The notes beneath the pieces are model-generated. The model was not told the DNA's origin, made no database searches, and was given only the letters and a program-made list of their open reading frames with translations. Shown here piece after piece: positions 16,759 to 28,917 of a stretch of 32,000 bases of DNA. This DNA is from Archaeoglobus fulgidus DSM 4304 (lineage in GTDB: Archaea; Halobacteriota; Archaeoglobi; Archaeoglobales; Archaeoglobaceae). The DNA lies in assembly GCF_000008665.1 (NCBI RefSeq), contig NC_000917.1, positions 2,146,401 to 2,178,400 on the forward strand, written 5' to 3'. The position numbers and the translations under genes are program-made. Within the stretch, counting starts at the first letter, position 1; every line of letters starts with the position of its first letter.

Positions 16759-19557
16759 TTAAGCAACATAAATCGCGGGCTTGCCCGGAACTGCCTGCCT
16801 CCTCTTCTCCTCAGGAACTCTCTGAGTATCAAGAATAACCTTCAGTCCGGTCTCATTCTCAATAAATTTCAGGTTCTGCTGCAGAACTTCCCACTCCTTA
16901 ACTAGCATCAGCTTCTTTCTGTCTTTGAAAATCTTCTTGACGAAATTTGACACTTCTTTGCCGAGCTTCCTAAGCTCCTCGTCCTGCATAAGCTGCTTCA
17001 TCGCCTCCCCAACATCCCCGCTTTCAGCAACGACCTTTGCTGCCTTAACCTTCCAGTCTTCGGCGGGAGCAATGTAAACCTCCTTCGCATCGCTAACAAA
17101 CTTCTTGATTTCCTGAATGTCCTCAACAAGGTTTCGGAGGTATTCCTCAATTCTCTCCGCCTCCTCGTCAACCCTGGTTTCGTCGTATTCTGGGTAGCTT
17201 TCGAGGCTGACGTAGCTGTCATGCTTCAAGTGCCACAGCTCCTCGCAAATGTGCGGAGCAAAGGGGGCGAGGAGCTTGATCCAGTCGTCCAGTATTATAG
17301 CGAGGTTCTCACCTCCTCTCCTCAGATACCATCTCACGTCGTTCATGAGCTCGAAGAAGGCGGCATTCACGGCCCTCCTCGTCTGCAGGTTGTCCATAGC
17401 CTCCCTCACTTCCTTTATTGCCCTCTGCATCCTGCTCACAAGCCAGCGGTCGAGGGTTGTTAGCTCTCCCACCTCTTTCAGGTAGTTCTCCTTCACGAGG
17501 TTGTAGAACCTCCTGAGGTGGTTTGCAAGCCCTTCAACCTCTCTGCTCTTCCAGTCCGCATCGCTGTCGTACTCTGCAGCGTGGAGGATGTAGAGCCTCG
17601 TCACATCCGCACCATACTGCTGCACCGCCCTCTTCATCGTTAGCAAGGGCCCTTTGCTCTTGCTCATCTTCTTGCCCTCAAGGCTGACGTATCCGTTTAC
17701 GGCAATTGCCCTCGGCCACTTATCTGGCGGGAAAATGGCGACGTGGTGGAAGAGGTAGAAGAGCAGGTGGTTTGCAACCAAGTCCTTGCCACTGCTTCTT
17801 AGGTCAACGGGATACCAGTACTCGAAGTCGTCCCTGATCTGCTGGATTAACTCCACGCTGAGTTTTGAAGCTTCCGCAACTTTCCCAACCTCACCTTTGC
17901 CCAGCAGCACGTAGTCGAGGAACTCGGGAGTCATGTTCTCGGCCTTGAGCAATCCTGCGTTGATGTACTTGGCAAGGATGTAGTAGGCCATGTAGATTGT
18001 TGAGTCTGAAAGGCTCTCGATGAGCCACTCCTTATCCCACGGAATTCTCGTTCCAAGCCCCTTCCTTCTGGCACAAGCCTTGTCCCTGAGCCACTCAATC
18101 TTGTTCCTGAACTCCTCCTTGTAGTAGTCGGGGATGATTCGCATCTTTTCAAGGTGATTCAGAACCTTCTCCTTCCACTCTCTGTTGGAGTAGTTCAGGA
18201 ACCACTGGTCCCTAACAACCTTAACAACGCACTTCGTTCCGCACCTGCAGATTACGGGCTTCTCGCTGAACTCGTAGAAAACATCCCCCAAGCCAAGCTT
18301 AACCAAATCCTCATGAACTCTCTCCTTCGCCTCAGAAACTTTCATTCCAGCATAGTTCATCGTGTTGTCCAGCATGATTCCCGTGTGGTACTCCTTCTTG
18401 TAGAGGGTCTTGGTTGCCTTATCCAGCAGCTCCTTGTCCTTCTGGCTCTTCACTCCAAGCTCTCTTATTAGCTTCTCAGCAGGAACACCTTCAATGTCCG
18501 TCTTAATCAGAACTATTGGCTTTATGCTCTCTACAACGCTTTTGTCAATTCCGTACTTCGCCAGCGTTTCCTCGTCTCTCTTCAAGTCCTCAATGGCAGC
18601 CAGGTCAAAAGGAGCGTGTGCGGGAACGCTCATCACAACTCCTGTTGCGTTGTCGGTGTCAACAAACTCTGCAGGCAGAATTGGCACTTTTCTGTTTACC
18701 AGCGGGACTATGACGTACTTGCCGAAGAACTGCGACGCATCAACCTCCTCCAGCAGCCTGACTTTTTTCTCCGTGTAGGTGAGCTTCTCGTAAGCCTCTT
18801 TGCTCACAAACCACTTTTCCCCATCCACCTCGGCAATTACGTAGGTTGTCGGCTTTACCCAGATGTTCGTGACGCCAAACACGGTTTCGGGACGGAGAGT
18901 TGCACAGGGGAAAATGAGGTCTCCATCTTCAAGCCTGAACTTTATAACGGTAAATTCAACAATAGTTGCCTCCTCCCCAGCGAGAAGGTCGTGGTCTTCA
19001 ACAGGATTCTGGTCGTGGGGGCAGTATCTGACGGGGTGGGTGCCCTTCACAATCAGGCCAAGCTCCTTGAGCTTCCAGTACTGCCACTCGATGAATCTCT
19101 GATACTCTTCATCGGTTGTGGTGAAAACCCTCCTCCAGTCAATGGAGTAGCCTATGCTCTTCAAAGCCTGCAGCGCCTCCCTTGAGAAGTACTCAACGAT
19201 TTTCTCTGGAGTTGTGAGCTGAAGCAAGTCCTCCAGCGGAACGTCATGGTATTTGGTGTAAACCTCTATCGTCCTCTCGTCCCTCTTGGCTATGAGCTCC
19301 GCAAGGCCAATGATTGGGGTGCCCGTAACATGAAAGCCGAGGGGAAAGAGAACGTTGTAGCCCTTCATTCTCATGTATCTGGCGAAGGCATCGCCAATTG
19401 TGAAGGTTCTCGTGTGACCTGCGTGAAGATTTCCATTAAGGTAAGGATAGGGAATTGTGAGAAAAAACTTCTCCTTCTCATTAGGATCGGACTCAAAAAT
19501 TCTGTCCTTCTCCCACGCCTTCTGCCACTTCTCCTCAATTATCCTGAAATCGCTCAT
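16759..19557 (-). CDS. leuS: Leucyl-tRNA synthetase (archaeal type)
   Basis: 932 aa. HIGH-type motif as LHAGH, KMSKS present (KKMSKSKGP), and a class Ia editing-domain-sized insertion. Confidence 0.97.
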   Translation of the reverse strand: MSDFRIIEEKWQKAWEKDRIFESDPNEKEKFFLTIPYPYLNGNLHAGHTRTFTIGDAFARYMRMKGYNVLFPLGFHVTGTPIIGLAELIAKRDERTIEVYTKYHDVPLEDLLQLTTPEKIVEYFSREALQALKSIGYSIDWRRVFTTTDEEYQRFIEWQYWKLKELGLIVKGTHPVRYCPHDQNPVEDHDLLAGEEATIVEFTVIKFRLEDGDLIFPCATLRPETVFGVTNIWVKPTTYVIAEVDGEKWFVSKEAYEKLTYTEKKVRLLEEVDASQFFGKYVIVPLVNRKVPILPAEFVDTDNATGVVMSVPAHAPFDLAAIEDLKRDEETLAKYGIDKSVVESIKPIVLIKTDIEGVPAEKLIRELGVKSQKDKELLDKATKTLYKKEYHTGIMLDNTMNYAGMKVSEAKERVHEDLVKLGLGDVFYEFSEKPVICRCGTKCVVKVVRDQWFLNYSNREWKEKVLNHLEKMRIIPDYYKEEFRNKIEWLRDKACARRKGLGTRIPWDKEWLIESLSDSTIYMAYYILAKYINAGLLKAENMTPEFLDYVLLGKGEVGKVAEASKLSVELIQQIRDDFEYWYPVDLRSSGKDLVANHLLFYLFHHVAIFPPDKWPRAIAVNGYVSLEGKKMSKSKGPLLTMKRAVQQYGADVTRLYILHAAEYDSDADWKSREVEGLANHLRRFYNLVKENYLKEVGELTTLDRWLVSRMQRAIKEVREAMDNLQTRRAVNAAFFELMNDVRWYLRRGGENLAIILDDWIKLLAPFAPHICEELWHLKHDSYVSLESYPEYDETRVDEEAERIEEYLRNLVEDIQEIKKFVSDAKEVYIAPAEDWKVKAAKVVAESGDVGEAMKQLMQDEELRKLGKEVSNFVKKIFKDRKKLMLVKEWEVLQQNLKFIENETGLKVILDTQRVPEEKRRQAVPGKPAIYVA

Positions 19558-19615
19558 GGAAAGTGGCTAATAAATGGGATTAAAAAATTTGGCGTTTGGC
19601 CTGATTGACCAAAAG

Positions 19616-20104
19616 CTAATCAAGCCTGTAACCCAGCTTCTCGCAAAGCTCTCTTCTCTGCCTCTTCTCCTCCTCATTCTCGATTCTTGTCACAGCAGCG
19701 CCGTCAACAGCCCCAAGAACAGCCCTTCCAAGCTCAGTTTCGGCAACTATTATCTCTATGGGGTTGGCCGAGGCAACGAAGACGTTGCAGACTGCAGGAT
19801 GCAGCTTTATTGTGTTGAGAATGTTTATCGGGAAGGCGTTGGAAGTGACAACAACAAAAACGTGGCTTGCAGCAATCCTCAGAGCGTTCTCTGCCGCAAT
19901 TTTCTTCAGCTCCTCATCATTCCCCGTCACTCTAACAAGCTTTGGTGCAGCCTCGTTCATCGCCACCGCAACCTTTATTCCCGGCACCGCTGTGAGCAAA
20001 GCTCTGAAGAGGTCATCCACCGTAAAAACGGAGAAGTTCGCCTGTCCAACGACAATCTGGTACTTCAGGTCGGGATTCAGAATCTCAACCTTCTCCAGCT
20101 TCAT
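19616..20104 (-). CDS. PF04008-like 'adenosine-specific kinase' family protein (PAE2307-like)
   Basis: 162 aa. The pattern VGQANF...PGIKVAVAMNEAAPKLVRVTGNDEEL...ASHVFVV...NAFPINILN...ASANPIEIIVAETE matches what I recall of this family. The assignment is from memory. Confidence 0.55.
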   Translation of the reverse strand: MKLEKVEILNPDLKYQIVVGQANFSVFTVDDLFRALLTAVPGIKVAVAMNEAAPKLVRVTGNDEELKKIAAENALRIAASHVFVVVTSNAFPINILNTIKLHPAVCNVFVASANPIEIIVAETELGRAVLGAVDGAAVTRIENEEEKRQRRELCEKLGYRLD

Positions 20105-20112
20105 GGTAGATA

Positions 20113-20742
20113 TTACCCTCCCGAATTTATATCTTCTTCCTCAACACCTCTGGAAAGCAGGTACACTCCGGCAAAGAAGGCAGCTATGCCTAAAACTGCA
20201 GCGACAATTCTTTCAAGCCCGAAGTCGATTTCGCTCATCAGGAAGGGGTAAAGAAAGTAAACGAGGAGAGCGAAAAAGAAAGCCGGCAGGTAAACAAGAT
20301 AGGCTCTCTCAATCTCCACCCCTCCCGTCTTAGCGCCTTTTATCGACTCCCAGTTCCCCTGAAAGACCTCTGCAAGGATGTAGAGCCACGTTACTGCTAA
20401 GAGCCCATCAACGCTCGTTGAATGGCCGATAAACGCCACCTTCAGGCTCTCTGCTATGGCCGAAGTGCCCGTGTTGTAAAGAGCATCAATTGCGTTAAGG
20501 GTGTCTATGATGCCCTCAAACGTCTCCGAGCGAGCCAAAATTGGGGAGATGTTGAAGAAAATGAGCACAGAATAGTAGTAAAAGCTGAACGGCCTTCTCA
20601 CGGCAAGCCCTACAAGGGGTATGGCGAACAGCAGAAGCTCAGCCGGATAGGGAATGAAGTAGCGGAGGGGTGAGGCTGTGAAGTGCTGGTATGTTATAAA
20701 TCCTGCAATTTCCGCCAACAGGAGGTTCAGGAGCGTTATCAT
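20113..20742 (-). CDS. Polytopic membrane protein, unknown family (third gene of the MoxR/DUF58 cluster)
   Basis: 209 aa with about 5-6 hydrophobic helices. Its start overlaps the DUF58 stop (ATGA at 20739-20742). Confidence 0.55.
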   Translation of the reverse strand: MITLLNLLLAEIAGFITYQHFTASPLRYFIPYPAELLLFAIPLVGLAVRRPFSFYYYSVLIFFNISPILARSETFEGIIDTLNAIDALYNTGTSAIAESLKVAFIGHSTSVDGLLAVTWLYILAEVFQGNWESIKGAKTGGVEIERAYLVYLPAFFFALLVYFLYPFLMSEIDFGLERIVAAVLGIAAFFAGVYLLSRGVEEEDINSGG

Positions 20743-21959
20743 CTTGCAACACCTGCCAGAACGGTTTCCGCAGCTTTCCCCGCTTCAACTTCTGTTACCG
20801 CAACCCCCGCTGCTCTCAGCCTTCTGAGCGTGCTCTCCCTCACAGCATCCTCAACAACACCTCCTATTCCGCTATACCCTCTGAAAGTAATGGCTATAAC
20901 CGAGACCGGGAGATTTTTCCTCCCCATTGCTTTCATCACCGCCCTCATGGGATTGCTCAGCTCGACCCTCGTGATGAATATGGAAGCCGGTTTCACGGAC
21001 TCGATGTACTTCCTCGCCTTTTCCACGGCTGACAGCAAGCTTTCCTCCCTCTCAGAAACGTCGAGCTTGACGAGCGTGGAGAAAATCTTGCTGAACTGCC
21101 TCCTACCCGATTCGGGATAAATCAGCAGTTCATGCCCTACAGCGTAGAATCCCACCCTGTGCCCTCTCGCAGCAAAGTAGTAGGAAAGGGAGGCTGCAAC
21201 TTCAACGGCTGTTTCAAAGCAGTTCCTCCTCAAATCTCCGTGCAGCATGTAGGAGTTGGCGTCAAGAAATATCCAAACAGCCTTTTTCCCTTCTCTCTCG
21301 AACTCGTTGACCATCAGCTCTCCGAGCTTTGCCGTAGCCTTCCAGTTTATGAACTTCACAGGGTCGCCAAACGCGTACTTCCTGATTTCCCTGAAATCCG
21401 TTCCCGGAACTCCAACCCTGGAAACGTCTATTTCAGGCGCAGGCCTCCTCGCAACACCTCTTCTCTGCTCAACTTTCCTTACCCTGTAAACTCTGCTCTT
21501 AACCTCCCTCTCAGCGTCAAACTCAATCTTCCCCCTAACCCTCCTCGTGGCAAAGATGTTCTCGGCCTCGAAAAACACCTTTCCAAGGTCGTAGAGCCCC
21601 CTTTTCAGAGGCACGCATCGGTAGCTCAGCCTGATTGTACCCATGCCCACTATGAATTTCCCCTTTGCGTTGCTTCCCTCGACAAGCTCGAATGTGTCGG
21701 GAAGCGAGTGCATGGTCTTTATTACGCCAAATCCTTTAACTGCAAGCTCGATGCTGACTTCAAGAACTTCTCCAACCCTCTCCCCTCCCTCAAAGCTAGC
21801 AGTGCTGAGTTCAACCTTAAAGGGAATGTTGGGAAACACGAGCAGGAGAACCGGCAAAACGGCCAGCTTCAGCAATTCTGCAGAGTTAATGATAACTGCA
21901 AGCTCCACCAGAAAGAGGGATGTGAGGAGCAGAGACCTGCTAACTCTCCTGAGCTTCAT
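20739..21959 (-). CDS. DUF58 family protein (vWA-like, membrane-anchored)
   Basis: Two N-terminal TM helices. DUF58 signature FREIRKYAFGDPVKFINWKATAK. It overlaps the moxR 3' end by 20 nt. Confidence 0.85.
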   Translation of the reverse strand: MKLRRVSRSLLLTSLFLVELAVIINSAELLKLAVLPVLLLVFPNIPFKVELSTASFEGGERVGEVLEVSIELAVKGFGVIKTMHSLPDTFELVEGSNAKGKFIVGMGTIRLSYRCVPLKRGLYDLGKVFFEAENIFATRRVRGKIEFDAEREVKSRVYRVRKVEQRRGVARRPAPEIDVSRVGVPGTDFREIRKYAFGDPVKFINWKATAKLGELMVNEFEREGKKAVWIFLDANSYMLHGDLRRNCFETAVEVAASLSYYFAARGHRVGFYAVGHELLIYPESGRRQFSKIFSTLVKLDVSEREESLLSAVEKARKYIESVKPASIFITRVELSNPMRAVMKAMGRKNLPVSVIAITFRGYSGIGGVVEDAVRESTLRRLRAAGVAVTEVEAGKAAETVLAGVAR

Positions 21960-22899
21960 ACTTGGGAACCCTCACGCTGTTGAGTATCTCCTCAACCACC
22001 TCTTCAGCCCTGAGCCCCTCAACAGCGTACTCGAACTTGAGAATTACTCTGTGGGCCAATGCCTCCACCGCCACCCTCTTGACGTCATCGGGAATGACGA
22101 AATCCCTGCCGTCCATCACCGCCAGCGCCCTTGCAAGCTTCAGCAGCGCCAACCCACCTCTCGGACTCGAGCCGAGCTCAACAAGCTCGTGCTCTCTCGT
22201 TGCCCTAACGAGCTCGGAAATGTACTTCAAAATGGATTTATCCACATACACAGCCTCTACGGCATCCTGAATCCTCCTGAAGGTCTCAAGGCTCACAACC
22301 GGCTCGACGTCTTCTGTAGGGTCATCTTTTCTCCACGATATTCTTCTTCTGAGTATCTCCATCTCCTCCTCGATGCTCTCGGGGTAGCCGGGCCTCATTC
22401 GGAGCATGAACCTGTCCATCTGCGCCTCTGGCAGAGGGTATGTGCCCTCCTGCTCTATCGGATTTTGCGTTGCGAGGACGAAGAAGGGCATGCTGAGCGA
22501 GAAAGTCTCGCCCTCCACTGTGATCTGCTTTTCCTCCATTGCTTCAAGCAGAGCCGCCTGAGTTTTGGGAGGGCTGCGGTTTATCTCGTCGGCCAGCAAA
22601 ACGTTGGTGAATATCGGTCCTTTCACAAACTCAAACCTATCGCCTCGCCAGATTTTGACACCAATTATGTCAGAAGGAAGCAGATCGGGAGTGAACTGAA
22701 CTCTCCTGTAGTCCGCCCCGATAACCCTCGCAAAAACCTTTGCAAGGAGGGTTTTACCCAGGCCGGGATAGTCTTCGAAAAGAATGTTGCCGTTCGTCAA
22801 AGCTGCGGCGAGCATCTTTTCAACGAGGTTTTTATCGCCAACATAAACGTCGCAAACAGCCTTTACGATTCTGGAGCAGATGGTTGAGATTTCAGTCAT
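21940..22899 (-). CDS. MoxR-family AAA+ ATPase
   Basis: Walker A as YPGLGKTLLAK, Walker B as VLLADEINR, and sensor regions typical of MoxR. I prefer the ATG at 22899 (MTEISTICSRIV...) over the GTG at 22914 given in the track. Confidence 0.92.
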   Translation of the reverse strand: MTEISTICSRIVKAVCDVYVGDKNLVEKMLAAALTNGNILFEDYPGLGKTLLAKVFARVIGADYRRVQFTPDLLPSDIIGVKIWRGDRFEFVKGPIFTNVLLADEINRSPPKTQAALLEAMEEKQITVEGETFSLSMPFFVLATQNPIEQEGTYPLPEAQMDRFMLRMRPGYPESIEEEMEILRRRISWRKDDPTEDVEPVVSLETFRRIQDAVEAVYVDKSILKYISELVRATREHELVELGSSPRGGLALLKLARALAVMDGRDFVIPDDVKRVAVEALAHRVILKFEYAVEGLRAEEVVEEILNSVRVPKYEAQES

Positions 22900-22912
22900 A
22901 CCACAATTTGGC

Positions 22913-22932
22913 ACACACCAATATATGTGTGT
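22913..22932. promoter_or_regulatory. Inverted repeat ACACAC-caatatat-GTGTGT enclosing a TATA-like ATATAT in the moxR/rio2 divergent intergenic region
   Basis: Read directly. The centre lies about 25 nt upstream of the moxR ATG (22899), as expected for an archaeal TATA box. Confidence 0.3.
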
Positions 22933-22990
22933 TTTGGAAGAATGGTAGGAGGGTTAGAGCTATGGGAAACGTCAAATAGCAGATTGCTGA

Positions 22991-25727
<2,737 letters not shown>

Positions 25728-25728
<1 letters not shown>

Positions 25729-26516
25729 TGAGGCTGCTTTTTTCCACAATGTTTCTTTACGAGTACTCGACAGACATGATAGCCAAGGCCGTAAATCTTG
25801 CAGGCTATGACGGTGTGGAGTTCTGGCCAGAAACGCCGTACTTCTGGGTTGACAGGGCGATGGAAAAGCTCGAATGCCTCAGGGATTTCGACAACGCCAT
25901 TCACGTGCCCGTCTTAGACCTCAATCCAGTTTCGGTCAATCCAGATATCTGCAATCTCACGCTTAGGGAAACGCTCTACTCGATCGCTCTGGCGGCAAAA
26001 ATTAAGGCTAAGCCAGTAACGGTGCATGCTGGCAGAAGAAGTGCGGCGAGAGAGCCCGTCTGGGCGGATTACCTGTCATTGAGCAGATATTTGAGGATAT
26101 CAAGCAGATACGCGAAGATCAAGGGAGTTACAGTTGGACTTGAGAACTCGGAGAACAGCATCAACAACCTCTGCAAAACGGCGGATGAGGTGAGGAAGTT
26201 TGCGGAGGAGTACGACGTAATGGTTACTCTCGACATCAAACACGCCTTGCTGAACGGAGGAGTTGAGGAGTTTTTAGAGCTGTTCGGCAGAATATGCAAC
26301 GTTCACGTGAGCTACTATGACGAAAAAATGAGACACGTTCAGCCGAGCAGGGGAAAGGAGGTTGGAGATGCGCTGAAAGAGCTCGCAGAGCTCGGATACG
26401 ACGGTCCTTTGACCGTGGAGCTTGACGACCTCGGAATAGGCAACCTTGATTTCAGCAAGAAGGTCGAAATTCTCAGGAAAGAGAGAAGGTTCGTGGAGAA
26501 GTTCTTCAAGCGGTAA
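25728..26516 (+). CDS. Xylose-isomerase-like TIM-barrel protein (sugar phosphate isomerase/epimerase, AP-endonuclease-2 fold)
   Basis: Pattern GYDGVEFW ... VTVHAG ... VGLENS ... LDIKHA ... VHVSYYD ... TVELDD is typical of this fold. The ATG overlaps the previous stop (TGATG at 25726-25730). Confidence 0.7.
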
Positions 26517-26546
26517 AGGTTTATACCTCCCCATTCTACCCTGCTC

Positions 26547-27278
26547 ATGAGCAAAGTCAAGCTGGAAATCGGAGAAGTGGCGAGAATCAGGTTGAACAGG
26601 CCAGAAAAGAAGAACGCGCTCGACCTAGAACTTCTGACGCAGCTCAGGGATGCTGTAAAGGAAGTTTCAGAGTCGGAGGCAAAGGTTGCGGTTTTGAGTG
26701 GAGAGGGCGACACCTTCTGCGCCGGTTTGGACAGGAGTCTCCTCTTCGCTTTGACCCAGGAGGGGACGGAGAACCTTCCGGAGGCAATCGACTTCGTTCA
26801 GGACTTGATTTACAGCATAAGAACGCTCAAGATGCCTGTGATAGCTGCGGTGCAGAGGTACGCGATTGGAGGGGGATTGCAGCTTGCCCTCGCTGCCGAC
26901 ATACGCATAGCCACACCGGGAACAGTTTTCAGCGTGAGGGAGCCGGATTACGGGATTATTCCGGACATGGGTGCCCTCTCGCTCCTTCCGAGGCTTGTCG
27001 GTGACGGTGTGGCGAGGGAGATGGTGTTCACGAGGAAGAACCTTACAGCGGAGGAGGGAAAGGTTCTGGGACTTGTGAACGAGATTTACGAGGACCTAGA
27101 AAAGGGCATTGAGGAGTACACCCAGAAGATGCTCTCAGTCCCTCCACACGTCTTCACTTTCGCGAAAGAGGTCATTGAGAGGAGCTGGACAGAGAGCCTG
27201 CTGGAAAACCTGAAGTCGGCAAAGGAGGCTCAAATCAAGTGCGTCGAGGAGACGCTGAAGCTGTTTCGAAAAACCTGA
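26547..27278 (+). CDS. Enoyl-CoA hydratase/isomerase (crotonase) family protein
   Basis: RPEKKNAL, FCAGLD and IAAVQRYAIGGGLQLALAADIRIA are canonical crotonase-fold motifs. Confidence 0.88.
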   Translation: MSKVKLEIGEVARIRLNRPEKKNALDLELLTQLRDAVKEVSESEAKVAVLSGEGDTFCAGLDRSLLFALTQEGTENLPEAIDFVQDLIYSIRTLKMPVIAAVQRYAIGGGLQLALAADIRIATPGTVFSVREPDYGIIPDMGALSLLPRLVGDGVAREMVFTRKNLTAEEGKVLGLVNEIYEDLEKGIEEYTQKMLSVPPHVFTFAKEVIERSWTESLLENLKSAKEAQIKCVEETLKLFRKT

Positions 27279-27328
27279 CATTTATTTTTAAAGTCAAAAC
27301 CTTAAAATCCAGAAACCAAATTACCAAC

Positions 27329-28447
27329 ATGAGAATCGTACATATTTCCGACCTTCACTTTGGTGAAGAGCTGATAAGGGAGAAGGTCGAGAAAGCGGTG
27401 AGACAGATAAACGAGATTGAGCCTGATCTCCTCGTAATCACCGGGGACCTCTCATGCTGGGGCATCCATTCAGAGATGAGGGACGCTTACGAAACGCTGC
27501 TCGACCTTAAGCCCGACTACATAGCTGTTCCCGGAAACCACGATGCGAGAAACATTGGATACGAGTTTTTCCAGCTCTACTTCGGGGAAACCAAAAAATA
27601 CTGGAAGAATGATGTTGTATCGCTGATAGCCGCTGACAGCACGCAACCCGACTTGGATGACGGATATATCGGGAAGGAGCAGAGGGACTGGATTGTCAGC
27701 AAAATTAGGAAGGACAGATTCAACATTCTCGCTCTCCACCACCACATCGCCCCAATTCCCAAAACCGGGAGGGAGAGAAACGTCCTGATTGATGCGGGAG
27801 AGATGGTTGAGCTTTTAATTGCAAACGGCATCAGTGCCGTGCTTGCCGGCCATAGGCACATGCCATACTCGCTTAGGCTCATGAGAACGCACGTAATCCA
27901 TGCAGGCACTCTCGGCTCCTTCAAGGTGCTCGGCATGCCGGACCACAATTACAACGTTATAGAAATCAAGGACAACACACTAACTCTGAAGCTGAGGTTC
28001 GTTGACTACGGAGAGGTTGAGATTGGCAGGTACACAATCAATCCCGAAACGCCCGAGTCCATCAGCGTTTACCAAAGAATAGCAAAACCCAAGAAGGTCC
28101 TGTTCCTCTCGAGAAGCAACGACTGCAGGACGAAAATTGCGGAGGCGATATTCAACCACATCTCCCCCAACAACATGCTCGCAGTTAGCGCTGGAATCGA
28201 GCCGGCTCAAGACCTGGATTTGAGAGCGGTAGCAACGATGAGGGAGCTCGGACTCAAAATCAACGGAAAGCCGAGAAAGTTCAGTGAAGACATGGTGTCG
28301 GACTTTGACGCCATTGTTGAGTTCGACGAGCTCGGTGTCGGGGAGTTCTGGGACGTTAAGAAGCCCTCGAGCGCTGAGGAGTACAGGGAGGTCAGGAGTG
28401 AGATATGGAGAAGAGTTGAGGAGCTGGTAAAAAGGCTACTGGCTTAA
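27329..28447 (+). CDS. Fusion protein: calcineurin-like metallophosphoesterase (N) + LMW-PTP/ArsC-like domain (C) with Ser in place of the nucleophile Cys
   Basis: The ATG at 27329 (MRIVHISDLHFG) is preferred over the track start at 27239. MPE motifs DLH, GDLS, GNHD, HHH and GHRH are present. The C-terminal domain VLFLSRSNDCRTKIAEA aligns to the VLFVCxGNxCRS P-loop. Confidence 0.8.
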   Translation: MRIVHISDLHFGEELIREKVEKAVRQINEIEPDLLVITGDLSCWGIHSEMRDAYETLLDLKPDYIAVPGNHDARNIGYEFFQLYFGETKKYWKNDVVSLIAADSTQPDLDDGYIGKEQRDWIVSKIRKDRFNILALHHHIAPIPKTGRERNVLIDAGEMVELLIANGISAVLAGHRHMPYSLRLMRTHVIHAGTLGSFKVLGMPDHNYNVIEIKDNTLTLKLRFVDYGEVEIGRYTINPETPESISVYQRIAKPKKVLFLSRSNDCRTKIAEAIFNHISPNNMLAVSAGIEPAQDLDLRAVATMRELGLKINGKPRKFSEDMVSDFDAIVEFDELGVGEFWDVKKPSSAEEYREVRSEIWRRVEELVKRLLA

Positions 28448-28917
28448 ATCACGAATACCGCCGCTGCAACGGCGGTGGTGAACTCCTTAACTTTCCCCCT
28501 TGCAGTGATGGCAAAAGTTCTCGCCACCTTGCTTCCCTGTGTCTTGAGCATCTCCTCGGCAAGCCTTTTGGCGTGCTGCTCGGCCCCCTCATACCACTCT
28601 CCGCTGTGCTCAGCTATATACCCATTCATATCCTTATCCTCGGGAAACGCTGCCCCGACGCTGGCAAAAATCTCCCTTCCCTCGACGTTGCTCGCATATC
28701 TTGCCATCACGCAGAAGACTATCTGACCGGGACTCAGCTTCCTCAGCCCCTCTTCTTTGCTCACGACTCTGCAGCCTGGCGGAACGATGCTGCTCACTGG
28801 AACGAGGTTGAACCGCTCTATTCCAGCATCCCTCAGAGCCAGCTCGAAGCTGACCAGCTCATCCTCGTGCCTGCCAACTCCTGAAACGAAGAAAACCTCT
28901 TTCGGAATCAGCGCCAT
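28444..28917 (-). CDS. pdaD: Pyruvoyl-dependent arginine decarboxylase
   Basis: MALIPKEVFFVSGVG..., self-cleavage site context LVPVSSIVPPGC, about 157 aa. The ATG at 28917 is preferred over the upstream ATG at 28938 that opens the track ORF. Confidence 0.9.
   Translation of the reverse strand: MALIPKEVFFVSGVGRHEDELVSFELALRDAGIERFNLVPVSSIVPPGCRVVSKEEGLRKLSPGQIVFCVMARYASNVEGREIFASVGAAFPEDKDMNGYIAEHSGEWYEGAEQHAKRLAEEMLKTQGSKVARTFAITARGKVKEFTTAVAAAVFVI

Noticed and set aside
21643-22887. 414-aa plus-strand ORF (and the 283-aa ORF at 21132-21983) antisense to moxR/DUF58
   Set aside because: The minus strand carries unambiguous AAA+ (GLGKT, LLADEINR) and DUF58 signatures. The plus-strand translations are low-complexity (S/L/P/R-rich) with no motifs, which is typical of shadow ORFs opposite strongly codon-biased genes.
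27239-27328. Upstream extensions of ORF-track starts (27239 for the phosphoesterase, 13714 for DUF35, 6680 for the hypothetical protein, 5351 for the Zn-ribbon, 28938 for pdaD, 22914 for moxR, 2079 for UPF0058)
   Set aside because: Each extension either overlaps the preceding gene or runs through AT-rich promoter-like sequence. Internal ATG codons give N-termini matching the family patterns, and several have SD-like motifs.
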